Virus record (IMG/VR): IMGVR_UViG_3300026533_000002 | Span: 32,001-96,000 of that record | DNA: 64,000 nucleotides | Strand: one strand, 5' to 3' | DNA from: a virus | Shown here: positions 40,849 to 51,333 of the stretch, one piece after another | Layout of the letters: each line of letters opens with the position of its first letter | Position numbering within the stretch: the first letter of the stretch is position 1 | The notes under the pieces: generated by a model | Databases searched by the model: none | Told to the model about the DNA's origin: nothing | Seen by the model: only the letters and a program-made list of their open reading frames with translations | Position numbers and translations under genes: made by a program

Positions 40849-41651
40849 AACTTAATAACTTTTACTTCTTCTAATGCGCTTATTGAATAAGGCACTACAG
40901 AGTTAGTTGTTATAAATTTACTAATACCTGCTTCTCTTAACTCTTCTAAGCCTTTATGAACAAATAGGTGAGTTACGTATAAAGTAATCTCTCCAACACC
41001 TTTAGCTTTTAATGCTTTAGCTAGCTCAACAAAAGTACGGCCATTAGCACATATATCATCTACTATAAGACAAGACTTACCCTCTAAATCATCAGAGTAC
41101 ACTACAGTACCTGTAATATTACCAGTAAGTAAATCCCTAGTTTTATCAGCTCTTAGCATTGGTACTCTACTCCAAGTAGCTAACTCTTGTACTTGCTTAA
41201 TACTGCCTGCATCTGGTGCTACTAAATAATCATACTTATCAGAAAGATTAGGTATACTATGGCCTAGTATACTTACTTTACCTCTATTAGTACAGTTATT
41301 AAGTAATGCTGTAATTACATCAGAATGATTGTCATATGTAGTTACACTAGTAAAGTTGCATGAGTTAATTAAGCTAGCAAATACACTAGCACCTAGTTGT
41401 TGCCCTTCTTGACATACTCTATCATCTCTAGAATACATAACATAAGGTATTACTAAGCTCAAGTTAATAACACCTTTTCTTCTCAAGGCATCTACTAAGC
41501 ATAGTAATTCCATTATCTCGTCAGAAGACTGAGGACTACCTATAATAGTAACATCCTTATCTAAGAACATAGATTTCAACTTTACATTTATCTCTCCAGA
41601 TTGGAACTTAAATGTATCATAATCTATACCTATCATTTTATACGTACTCAT
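40845..41651 (-). CDS. ribose-phosphate pyrophosphokinase homolog (Prs/Adps-like)
   Basis: F-x-x-GE, PY-x-x-x-SR-x-DR, D-x-HS, APDAG, K-x-R, IVDDICANGRT, VTH. Confidence 0.9.
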   Translation of the reverse strand: MSTYKMIGIDYDTFKFQSGEINVKLKSMFLDKDVTIIGSPQSSDEIMELLCLVDALRRKGVINLSLVIPYVMYSRDDRVCQEGQQLGASVFASLINSCNFTSVTTYDNHSDVITALLNNCTNRGKVSILGHSIPNLSDKYDYLVAPDAGSIKQVQELATWSRVPMLRADKTRDLLTGNITGTVVYSDDLEGKSCLIVDDICANGRTFVELAKALKAKGVGEITLYVTHLFVHKGLEELREAGISKFITTNSVVPYSISALEEVKVIKL

Positions 41652-41665
41652 TGGTACTCCTTATT

Positions 41666-41740
41666 TAGTTTATACTCGTTTAACGGAGTTGTCCTTTATT
41701 TCAACTGCAGGAATTTCACCTGCTTTACTATTGCTAGCTA
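41666..41740 (-). promoter_or_regulatory. structured leader of prs-like gene (T-arm-like hairpin plus pseudoknot candidate)
   Basis: GCAGG TGAAATT CCTGC, then ACTC...GAGTATAAACT just before the RBS. Confidence 0.45.
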
Positions 41741-41791
41741 TTTAATTACTTTAATAGGAGATGTGTTATGCGTCATTGGTAGCGGTGTATA

Positions 41792-42511
41792 CTACTTTAT
41801 ATTATTAAGAGCCGCTCCAGGTAGTATGTCTTTATACAACTTCCTTAACTGATCAGCTTGAACAGCTCTAGCTTGTCCGTACATTTTTGAAGCTTCTTCA
41901 GCTGTATTAAAGTACCCAAGATGCTTCTTCTTACCATCAATATTTATGTATGCCACCCATTTAGCACAATCTTTACGTAAATGCACTCCGGTAAATCCAC
42001 TAGTATTATTTGAGTTACTATTAGCTAGAAAACTATTAAGCCTACCTGGTATAAATAAGCAGCTATCTGGTTGGTAGATTTTACACCCTACACCTAGAAG
42101 GTCTTTATCTAATTCAAATCCTTCAATGTAGTTAGTTTCGAACCATTTACCAAAGACTTGTAAGTTATGCCATTCTTTACACACTGTTACGTCTTTATAA
42201 GTAGGCTTCTTCTCATGATATTTAGAGTAGTACGCTCTCTCCAGCATCCCTTGCCAAGTACTATACAGTTTACAGTGATCCTTACTATTGTAATGCCCTA
42301 CTCCTACGTAACCCTTCCCAAATACCGAGGGGTTGTAAGGATTTTTCACACTTCCATTTCTAAATGCACTTGATTGAACTTCAGTTTCGTAGTTATCTAT
42401 CTTTACTAGCAGGTAATGATTTCTGCTACCTCCGTCAATACATTCACATTTATAGCCTTCGTTAGTAATAATAATTTTACCTATACTACTCCTACAGTAT
42501 TTCCTTTCCAT
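41792..42511 (-). CDS. HNH-AP2 homing endonuclease-like protein
   Basis: W-x-x-ML-x-R, V-C-x-EW, LDKD, Y-x-P-x-x-C; C-terminal NTSGFTGV...W-x-A-x-I...LGYF-x-T-x-EEA AP2 domain. Confidence 0.85.
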   Translation of the reverse strand: MERKYCRSSIGKIIITNEGYKCECIDGGSRNHYLLVKIDNYETEVQSSAFRNGSVKNPYNPSVFGKGYVGVGHYNSKDHCKLYSTWQGMLERAYYSKYHEKKPTYKDVTVCKEWHNLQVFGKWFETNYIEGFELDKDLLGVGCKIYQPDSCLFIPGRLNSFLANSNSNNTSGFTGVHLRKDCAKWVAYINIDGKKKHLGYFNTAEEASKMYGQARAVQADQLRKLYKDILPGAALNNIK

Positions 42512-42562
42512 GTGATACCTTGTTGTAATTTATGATAATACTTAACATTAACTTTATCCTAT

Positions 42563-42865
42563 TCATTTTAAATCCTCATTTATTATCTCCCGTACATTAT
42601 TAATACGAAAGTCTTCAGCTACTTTTAGATCTGGTAAGACCTTTGTAGTACTAATATCCATAGTTTGTCTAATAACTCTTTCATGGGTATTAGTTCCATC
42701 TATTCTAATCATTGATAGTAAGAATAGAACTATTACCATAATTACTGCTATAAAGTACTGGACACTTTTCTTCCACTTATACCAAATAGAAGCAATAAGT
42801 AATGCTGGTAGTACTACTGATAACAGTGTTACTATTGTCTTATAAGATACTATAACTATTTCCAT
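42563..42865 (-). CDS. membrane protein with two TM helices
   Basis: Two hydrophobic segments. Confidence 0.6.
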   Translation of the reverse strand: MEIVIVSYKTIVTLLSVVLPALLIASIWYKWKKSVQYFIAVIMVIVLFLLSMIRIDGTNTHERVIRQTMDISTTKVLPDLKVAEDFRINNVREIINEDLK

Positions 42866-42878
42866 TTAATCTTCTTAA

Positions 42879-43709
42879 TTAAGCAGCTATATATTTAGCT
42901 ACTATAGAGTTTAACAACTCTTCTTCTTCTAATGAATTATCAAGTGTAACTACTCCTTCCAGAGTATTAACTGCTTGGCCATACCCACTTTCCAACTTAT
43001 CACCATACATAACTTCATCTATCTTAAACATCAATCGTCTAAGGAATGAAGGGTATATAACTCTAGCAATAGTAGATATGTTTACATAATCATCATAACC
43101 TTTAACTACTGTACCTAAGTAGCTGTGTCTACCATCAGTAGATACATTCTTAGATATAGAAGATACTATGAGTTTAATCTTATGGCCTCTCTTCTCTAAA
43201 GCTATAACTACTGCTATTACTTTACAGAATGCATCTATAATAGTATCAGTAGATTTACTACCTGATACAGCTATATTAACATTAAGCTCATAATAGTGGT
43301 CTATATACTTCTTATTAGCCTGTAGATAACATTCTGGATCACCTTCAATAAGTTTACCTATATCAAGTTCTAGTCCTTCAACATCGTAGTGATAATCTTC
43401 TACTATCCAACTAGTTAGTAAACCTTTCTTCTTAAGATTATTTCTAATCTTATTCTCAATAGACTCAATACGAGTGTTTACTTCTACAGGAGGTTCTCCA
43501 TTTGGATACATTATTAGATCTAATGCCTCATCAAATGAGTTAGTCCCTGTAAACGAGTAGTCATTATCTTTAGAGGATGTTCTATATGTCTCATTATCTT
43601 TTACACTTAATAGGTAGCTACTTAAAGCTCTTATATTTCTAAACTCTTTTATATCAAGTTTACTAATATCTATACCTACGTCACTATACTGTTTAGTCGT
43701 AATCTCCAT
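42879..43709 (-). CDS. CobT/VWA-like partner of CobS-type ATPase
   Basis: YDVEG-x-x-x-D-x-x-x-x-x-x-GDPEC, LE-x-x-G, PSFLRR, GYG. Confidence 0.6.
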   Translation of the reverse strand: MEITTKQYSDVGIDISKLDIKEFRNIRALSSYLLSVKDNETYRTSSKDNDYSFTGTNSFDEALDLIMYPNGEPPVEVNTRIESIENKIRNNLKKKGLLTSWIVEDYHYDVEGLELDIGKLIEGDPECYLQANKKYIDHYYELNVNIAVSGSKSTDTIIDAFCKVIAVVIALEKRGHKIKLIVSSISKNVSTDGRHSYLGTVVKGYDDYVNISTIARVIYPSFLRRLMFKIDEVMYGDKLESGYGQAVNTLEGVVTLDNSLEEEELLNSIVAKYIAA

Positions 43710-44928
43710 TCTTTATCCTTTTAATTAAACCATTTACTCTAGCAATAAGTAGTAATGTACTTTCTTTAGGTGTAGAGAAATTCATAGTTGATACTACTTT
43801 ATCGTTATACTTAATTTTAAATCCATGGTACCATGAGCTAATACATCTATCAAGATTGTTAGCATCTATATTGTAGTTAGTGTATAAGTACGCTTCCAAA
43901 GATTCAGTACCTACCAATAAGTAGTAACTGTCTTCACCTGGCACTTTATAAAGTCTTACACTATTATCAATGTATTCAGTAGCATAACCTAATTCTCTAG
44001 CGTCTACTTTTAAGTTAGTACCATGTCCTTTAAAGCAATGTTTACTACCACTATCGTGGCTTGCTACTTCATATAGTCTTCCTTTATAAAGTACAGTTGC
44101 TCCTGTTTCAAACATTATCCCTCCTTTAGTAGTTTATTAACTAAAGCTACAAACTTAATCAGATTCTCCCTAGGCTTCCCTTGTACGAATTCTATAGAGT
44201 AAGTGTAGCCTTCGTACGATACTTGGAAGCTCTCATATCCTCTATATAGATTTTTATGCAAGTTATGTGAAACTAGTTTATACTTACTAGATAAGTAGCG
44301 ACTAAAATCTTCAGTGCCATACAAAGCATACCATTCATCTTCTTCACCATAAAGTCTTACAGCATCTATAAACTCTGTGTCTACTACCTCACATAGACTT
44401 CTATCAACTGCTTTTCCGTGACCAATTAAATCAAAGAATGCACCATCAGCCATACATTCAGCTTTATACAGCCTACCTATATACCTAACTACTACAGTTC
44501 CCATATTTACCTGCTTTTATATCTCTAACGATACTATTAACTTTATTTAGTAGCATACTAATATTGCCAACTACATTATTTTCCATAAAGTCTAATTTAT
44601 CATAACTATCATCTGGTAAAGTAATATTAAATCCACTGTGACCTAAAGCTATACATTCGTTTAGGTTAGGCGCATATATGTTATATTTGTTATTGATATA
44701 TGCTTCAAAATCCTCAGTACCATATAGTAGGTAGCCCTTATTACTGTCACTAAAAAAGTACCATCTCACATCATCTGTTAGGGCTAACGGAGTCTTCTGT
44801 AAATCATCTATAGGAGCAGTTAAAGCAATATGACCTTCAAACTCACATAAGTATTGGTGATTGATATTCTTTATCCTGTAAAGCCTATCTCTATAGAGGA
44901 CTGTCGACCCTATTTTAAAGAGAGACAT
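43693..44928 (-). CDS. three tandem paralogous proteins (43693-44115, 44115-44504, 44485-44928)
   Basis: Shared V-x-Y-x-x-RLY...GH...VR-x-Y...Y-x-L-x-GTE-x-x-x-x-Y...Y...NL...F...VN. Confidence 0.85.
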
Positions 44929-45768
44929 CTAATCTTCTTTAAAGTAGAACGTGTCACCCTCTGAGTAACCTTCAGGTATCTCTCCATTAGAAGTATACTC
45001 AGTACTCGTAGTATCCTCAGCAGGAACTTCTGCCTCTTCAATAGGATCAAATAACTTACTAACAATACCGTTTAATTGACTACCATCTACTTCTCTAAAC
45101 ATAGTAGACTCAGCAGCTTCTTTATTATCTATACCAATATCTACTAATGCTTTATAAGATAGAGCATCTCTCATAGATAAGTTCTCGTAACCTAATTTAA
45201 ACATCTCTTTACGAGCAGATTTAACTATGTTATCTAACTCTTCATTACCAATGATACTAGTCTCTAACTCTTCATCTAATCCCCACTTAATAACTAAGAA
45301 CCTAGTTAGAAATGATGTATCTAACTTACTTCTAGAAGAGTAACCACTATCAGTTGAACCATAAGTATTAGCAGTAGCTATAAGTACAAAGTCTTTATGT
45401 CTCTTAACCATTCTACCTGCAAATACTCCATGTGAACCTGCAATAGCAGCATTAAGTGCAAGTAATGTATTCTTATTACCAGCATCACATTCTTCTAATA
45501 CGAATACTCCACCTTCTTGGTAGAACTTACCTAACAAACTATCAGATATCTGACCATCTGGAGTTCTAAAACCTAATAGCCCAGATACAGTAGTCTGCTG
45601 TGTCATTGGTAAATAACCAAACTTAAGCCCTAACTCTCCTGCTAATATCTCTGCTGATTTAGATTTACTACTTCCAGCTTCTCCTATTAACATAATAGGT
45701 AATCTTAAACCTTCTGCATTTCTAGCCTCTGTATACTTTACTAACTTATTATATTCTTTATGCTGCAT
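44929..45768 (-). CDS. CobS-like (MoxR-clade) AAA+ ATPase
   Basis: GEAGSSKS, GGVFVLEECD, H-x-DF-x-x-IATANT-x-G, LD-x-x-x-L-x-RF, SMR. Confidence 0.8.
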   Translation of the reverse strand: MQHKEYNKLVKYTEARNAEGLRLPIMLIGEAGSSKSKSAEILAGELGLKFGYLPMTQQTTVSGLLGFRTPDGQISDSLLGKFYQEGGVFVLEECDAGNKNTLLALNAAIAGSHGVFAGRMVKRHKDFVLIATANTYGSTDSGYSSRSKLDTSFLTRFLVIKWGLDEELETSIIGNEELDNIVKSARKEMFKLGYENLSMRDALSYKALVDIGIDNKEAAESTMFREVDGSQLNGIVSKLFDPIEEAEVPAEDTTSTEYTSNGEIPEGYSEGDTFYFKED

Positions 45769-45779
45769 TGTTTATCCTT

Positions 45780-46091
45780 TTATTTAATGTAAATTTTTAC
45801 TATATGGTTTAGCATCTCAACCACTGCTTTTACTGATTCTTTAAGAGTTGGTTTACTAGTACTGTAACTATGCAATATTAAATAGCCTGGTACATATCTG
45901 TCAGTTGATAATAGTAAGTTACTATTTGAACCCATATACAGATATGTCTTCTCAGAGTTAATTGCATTAGACAAAGCTACTTACAGGCCTCTAATACCTG
46001 AGACTGCTTTATGAAGATGAATACTTTTACCGTTACATATAATAAACATCTCAAAGTTGTCTCCTAGTCTATAGGTCACAGCTTCAGGCAT
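45780..46091 (-). pseudogene. 103-codon array member with in-frame TAA at 45981-45983
   Basis: MPEAVTYRL...GIRGL*VALSNAIN...MLNHIVKIYIK in one frame; same length as neighbours. Confidence 0.65.
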
Positions 46092-46395
46092 TATTTATCC
46101 TTTTATGTTCTTTTATCATTCTATTAAGTAACTTAATTATTTCTACTGCTCTAACTTTTATATCCTTACCTGCTAAAGGGTACTCTATAGCTCCTAAAAA
46201 ATACTTATGCCTTACCTCACTATTATTTGCCGATACTGTGTAGTATATAGCATTACAAAAAGAATTGAGAGCTGTGTCAGTCACAGATAGTCCTTGTATA
46301 AAGTCTAAATGCTTAGAGTCTTCTATTAGAATGTCTCCACCAGTAACTAAACCCTTTTTACCATTAAAGTATGGTTTAAGTCTTACTGCTTCCAT
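46084..46395 (-). CDS. 103-aa probable array member
   Basis: VRL start, LLNRMIKEHK C-terminal helix. Confidence 0.6.
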   Translation of the reverse strand: MEAVRLKPYFNGKKGLVTGGDILIEDSKHLDFIQGLSVTDTALNSFCNAIYYTVSANNSEVRHKYFLGAIEYPLAGKDIKVRAVEIIKLLNRMIKEHKRINNA

Positions 46396-46440
46396 ACTGA
46401 TCCTTTTATTTAATCTTATAGACCCTAAGGCCTATAGCAG

Positions 46441-46869
46441 TTATAGTAAAGTATTACCTTCGGAGTTTACATTACTTAACCAGTAAGTAGCTCCTAGTAA
46501 TGTACTATTAGTTGAAATCTCTCTAGCTAACTCTGCATTAAGAGAATAGTTTTCATCAACTGCAGAACAGTTAACTACACATTTACGATGTTCTCTACCA
46601 ATGATAACTAGTAATGACTCTTCATCTAGTACAGACATAGGCATACTACCTTCAACAGTATCATACTTAGCATCTTTATTAGCTTTTAAAGCTCCTTTAC
46701 TAGTACCTTTATAGGCTGCTACAGCACCTTTAATAGCTTTAGTAATACTAGCAATAGCTTCATCAATATTCTTACCTTTACGGGCTTTACTGATAGCTTT
46801 ATTAAGCTGTACTGATAGTCTTACATTCTTTTTACTTGACTCTACATTTGATTTGATAGTTGGTTCCAT
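46441..46869 (-). CDS. basic hypothetical protein
   Basis: 142 aa, K/A-rich N-terminus, AAAGGA RBS. Confidence 0.65.
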   Translation of the reverse strand: MEPTIKSNVESSKKNVRLSVQLNKAISKARKGKNIDEAIASITKAIKGAVAAYKGTSKGALKANKDAKYDTVEGSMPMSVLDEESLLVIIGREHRKCVVNCSAVDENYSLNAELAREISTNSTLLGATYWLSNVNSEGNTLL

Positions 46870-46935
46870 TTTATTTCCTTTTGGTTAATTTAATACTGAG
46901 TTTCCTCACCTTAGTAGTGGTTGTTTCCTCTTACA

Positions 46936-48445
46936 TCATTTAGCTGGGAGTTGTTTTATATGTCTCATAATGCTATTCAATCTATAGACTATTGCTTTAG
47001 GACCATCTACTGCAAATATCTCATACTCGTCATAACAAGCCATATCATTATTAGTTAAGACTTCTACAAACTCTATAATTCTAGGAGTATCCTTAGAATG
47101 AAGTATGAATCTAATGTCACTAAGCTCAGCATCACAATGTAAAGTTACGTCATATACTTCTTTTAGGTAACCTTTGAGTCCTTGCACATAATTCGTTAAA
47201 TGTACTACTATTCTACCGCTACTATTGCTTTTTGATAATCTTACCATTACCTATGACCCCAATAGGCTGCTATCTTTCTGGTAGCTAAGTTTAAGGCTTT
47301 TACATGGTCTTTTATGCCTATTATCGTATAAGTGTTGTGTATGCGGTAGCGGAAAATAGTATCAGAGAATTTATTAACTACTTCTATACGTCTATCCTTC
47401 GGATCTACTAACAGATAACCTTGCTCATCCCATTCCATTTCTTTATGAGAATATTCTATATTAAAGTGTTCTCTTAGATACTCAGCAATAAGTGTCCTTT
47501 TCCCTGTTACTAGTACATAAGGTGTTCCCCAAGTACCTCTCATTACCTGAATCACCATGACTCCTTAATCTTTCTAATAGATGCATTTAATGCATGTGCT
47601 AGGTCGCTATAGGAGCAAACTGTATATGTGTTATAAGAGCTATAGCTATGACTCATTTCAGATAGCTTGTTAGTAATCTCTATTCTTTTATCCCTAGCAC
47701 TGACAGCTAGGAATACGAATTCATTCCAATTAGTACTATGTCTGTAGTTGCAATTTACTGTATGCTCTACATTTAAGTACCAATCTAAGTTTACTGTCTT
47801 ACCACCTTCTACAACATAAGGCATACCTAAAGGACCTTTAATTAGTCGCAACATTTTAACTCCTTATCAGTAATATGCTTAATAACCTTACCTAACTCTT
47901 CTAAGCTATAAGACTGTTCTAAATAGTCTATATCAAGTAACTTAAGTTCTTCTAGAGTCAATGATTGGTAACACTTAATAAGCTTCTTACTTTTATTGTA
48001 AGTAACTAAGTGATGTTTAGTATAGTCTAGTGTAGGTAGCCCTATAATCCTAATACCATAATTAATTAATAGGTAGATTGGTAAAGGCATTCCATCACTA
48101 ACCACAATACCTCTAAGGCTTAATCTATAAGGTAGCATGGAACTTAGTATCTTTATTCACTCTTATAGCTTTGTTTAAACATTTTGTAAACTCTACAATC
48201 CCTTCAAACGAGCAGCTCCCTAAATAAGGAATTGAAGATTTAAAAGGTGAGTACTCTACAAGTACCATATTTACACCTTCAAGCCTTACATAACCTTTAG
48301 TATGCTGATTAAAATGTCTGCCATTAGTTAAATTAATACCTAAGTAAGCATTAAAGTAATCTTCAAGGCTTATAGTGATAGGTGCAGACGGTTCTTTTAG
48401 TTTTACTAGTAGTCTGTGTTGTCTATTTAATATTAACTCTAACAT
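46936..48445 (-). CDS. five tandem ~100-aa paralog-like ORFs (46936-47247, 47247-47558, 47552-47854, 47842-48138, 48125-48445)
   Basis: Same size; Y-[LF] at about residue 22-30 and terminal L-[NG]-x-x-[IMT]-[RK] helix; two share G-x-x-G-x-PYV, D-[KR]-RIE-x-x-NK-x-S, NTYT. Confidence 0.7.
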
Positions 48446-48448
48446 TTA

Positions 48449-48787
48449 TCACCTCTTTGGTCTTTTAAGTACCTTTAATATAATTAGCTTATTATTTAAC
48501 TGTATATCAAGTACTGGAGGATCAAATAGATTAACAGGAGGTCTTAGTCTCTTAGTCAGCTTACCTTCTATAATTAGTCTTTGACCTGTTCTAAGTTTAG
48601 CTTTAACTAAGTCCTCTGACTCTACCCATACATGGTCTACAACAACTTTCTTATCTACAGTTAGCTTCTCTAAACAAGTTAGCTTAACACCATTAGCATG
48701 ATTAACACCGTAAGCAGAGAAAGTACATAAATAAGTATCTTTCTTACCTAGCCTATCTTCTACTCCTAAGTATCTATCCGTTACCAT
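48449..48787 (-). CDS. hypothetical protein, possible OB-fold
   Basis: F-x-x-YG...DHVW...L-x-x-G-x-x-x-x-x-x-G pattern. Confidence 0.5.
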   Translation of the reverse strand: MVTDRYLGVEDRLGKKDTYLCTFSAYGVNHANGVKLTCLEKLTVDKKVVVDHVWVESEDLVKAKLRTGQRLIIEGKLTKRLRPPVNLFDPPVLDIQLNNKLIILKVLKRPKR

Positions 48788-48959
48788 TATGTATTGCTAA
48801 CAATGTAGCTGCTCTTGAAGGAGAATAGCCTAATGTAATAATACTACTAACTGTTGGTTCACTTCTTCTTAAAGGTCTACTTCTATTAGCAGATCTAGCT
48901 ATCTTTAATTTCTTTCCTCTTCTCATTGTTACTCCTTTTATTTTAATTAGAACTAGATA

Positions 48960-49356
48960 TTACTCTAGTTCTTTTAGTTCTTTCTTAATCTCTTTACGAG
49001 ACATAGATAATACTGCTTCTTTCTCTTTATTATCAAGAGCATTTAACAATACTTCTTTACGAGCATTTAACTCATTAGCTCTCTTAGACTCAGCTATCTC
49101 TTTAAGTCTTGAGTCAATAATATGCTTAACAATACTAAACTTTAACTTAGTTATAGTATCTTCAGCCTTAGCTGCTTCAACAAAGCTAAGAGATACTTCT
49201 TCTAGCTCTTTGTGTAAGCCAACTGCTATTGAGTCTAAAGATACATTGCCTGATTGTAAAGGTAAGTCCCATAGGTCCTCAATTACCATATTACCTTTAC
49301 TAGTGTTAAATCTAACCTTTAGTCTTGTTGCTTCTGCAAATATATTACTTTCCATT
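48960..49356 (-). CDS. conserved-type phage hypothetical protein
   Basis: Probable start MESNIF; A-x-R-x-K-x-RF...EDLWDLPL motif; follows the 655-aa gene. Confidence 0.6.
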
Positions 49357-49365
49357 ATAGTTCCT

Positions 49366-51333
49366 TTAAAACTTAATTGTATATGGTCTACCATCTACTT
49401 TAACGGCTAACTCGTTTCTAACTGTACTACTAAATGCAATACCACTAATTTGCTCATCAGACTCTTCACATTTAAGTTTAGAACCTAATACTTCAAGTAC
49501 TTTACGATGTTTATGTAAGTTATCACTTAAGAATTCATTATACAGTCCTCTAGTTTTATCTGGATTAATACAACCATCTAGCATAAACATATAATGCTTA
49601 TTACCAATCTCTTGATTACTCCAATAGTTAGGAGATAACATCATCATAGATACTTTATGGTATTGTTTAGTTTGTACATTCCACTTAGTAGACGATACTT
49701 CAGAGCTAGGTAGTTTATGGTCAATAGTGATATTACCATTAGCAATAATAACTACAGCTACTGTAACATCCTTAGTGACTGACTTAGGGTAATCATAAGA
49801 ATGTACTACTCCATCAATCTCTAGCTCTGCTCTAAATCCTTTAGTATTTCTACCGCTAAAATTATTCACATAGAACTTATAAGTACCATCTTTCAGCGTA
49901 GACTTAGTATCCCAAGTTATGTTCTCTACTGCATCTTTATCTCCTGGAGCAATGATATCTACATCAAGTCTATCTAACTTATTACCGTAGTAGATATGGT
50001 TAGTAGGGCAATCACAATGAGCATCTAAATCATTGTGGCTATCCTCTCTATCCTCATTCCATAGTATAGTAAATCTTAAGAATCCTTCAGCATTACCTCC
50101 TGCTCTCTTAACCTTCTCTTTCATTGAGTCAGTTACTTCACCATTGTAAGACCAAGTAAAATTATTATCCCATTTAAGAATGTTTGGTGATTCACTATTA
50201 ATAGGTGCTACTACACTGCATAAGTTACTGATATGCTTGTTATCTAACATAGTTTCAATAGTAGAAGCTTTAGGTACAACAGTATCAATGAAGGTGTCAA
50301 TACTTATAACAGTCGAGTTAGCACCTACCTTAGATATAGTACTAGAACCTAGAATACTGGCTAGCGAGCCTTTATCAGCCATGCTAGTACTCTTATCTGC
50401 AAAGATAACATCATTAATACTCACATCAGTAGATTTAGCATAACGTCTATGTAATGACTCTTCTATACCTAATTCATTAATAGTTTTAATAGCCTCATCA
50501 GTCATTCTTTTAGTTATAATAGAACTACTTCTCTTATAATTACTAGGAGCAGTCTTACTTTCATAAGATTTAACTGCTGTCTCCACATCGGTACCTTTAG
50601 ATAAATCTAATAGTAATGTACCTATTACACTGTTTCTAATCCCTGTACCAGGTTCAAATACTGTATCCCAGTAGTAAGTACTATTACCAGTAAACTTAGC
50701 TTGTAGGGCTTTAAATGAACGCACACCTGCTATAAATTCTGTACCTTTATATAAGTTATCAGCTTCAACTAAATCAATAACAGTATCTAAACTGTCAGGA
50801 GTTATCTCTTCTAAAGCTCTCTTATATGAAGTAACTCTGCCTCTAATAACAGACTTCTTAGTAGGACCATCAGGAGCTACATATTTACTAGGAATAGTAC
50901 AAGCAAAGTGATTCCATTTTACTTCTTTATGCTCTCCATTAGAATCTAACTCATCTAGTATCTGTATATTAGAATGCTTAGATACTTTATGCTCATAATG
51001 GATAAACACATCTTCTATATCAGCTGACTTAATTAATTCAGATAATGCTTTAGCTACTGGGTTATAAATACCGTTAGCATTAACATCCCAAATAGATACT
51101 AACTCTCCATCTTTAATAGAGACTACATTACCAATAGCTTTTATAAACTGTCTACAATGCTGACAGTCATGCTCAGTTCTTTCTTTATAGATAGGATTAG
51201 TACCTACCTCGAACGCTTCTAAGTAAGTCTCCCATACTTTATCTTTACTAATACTTACTATATATAACTGTTCTTTACTCATTTTATTAAATTGTATCTC
51301 TACTTGTTGAGAGAATTCTGTAAACTTTGACAT
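49366..51333 (-). CDS. large phage protein with CxxC and YfaP/DUF2135-like domain
   Basis: EHDCQHCRQF, AP-x-NYKR, LRF-x-x-x-WN...DLDAH...LDVD...VENI-x-W. Confidence 0.65.
   Translation of the reverse strand: MSKFTEFSQQVEIQFNKMSKEQLYIVSISKDKVWETYLEAFEVGTNPIYKERTEHDCQHCRQFIKAIGNVVSIKDGELVSIWDVNANGIYNPVAKALSELIKSADIEDVFIHYEHKVSKHSNIQILDELDSNGEHKEVKWNHFACTIPSKYVAPDGPTKKSVIRGRVTSYKRALEEITPDSLDTVIDLVEADNLYKGTEFIAGVRSFKALQAKFTGNSTYYWDTVFEPGTGIRNSVIGTLLLDLSKGTDVETAVKSYESKTAPSNYKRSSSIITKRMTDEAIKTINELGIEESLHRRYAKSTDVSINDVIFADKSTSMADKGSLASILGSSTISKVGANSTVISIDTFIDTVVPKASTIETMLDNKHISNLCSVVAPINSESPNILKWDNNFTWSYNGEVTDSMKEKVKRAGGNAEGFLRFTILWNEDREDSHNDLDAHCDCPTNHIYYGNKLDRLDVDIIAPGDKDAVENITWDTKSTLKDGTYKFYVNNFSGRNTKGFRAELEIDGVVHSYDYPKSVTKDVTVAVVIIANGNITIDHKLPSSEVSSTKWNVQTKQYHKVSMMMLSPNYWSNQEIGNKHYMFMLDGCINPDKTRGLYNEFLSDNLHKHRKVLEVLGSKLKCEESDEQISGIAFSSTVRNELAVKVDGRPYTIKF

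Noticed and set aside
45981-45983. Genome-wide stop-codon reassignment
   Set aside because: TAA, TAG and TGA all terminate conserved genes at expected positions; this internal stop is isolated
43693-48445. Diversity-generating retroelement or recombinational shufflon behind the paralog array
   Set aside because: No reverse transcriptase or recombinase in the window and no near-identical DNA repeats; similarity is only at the protein level
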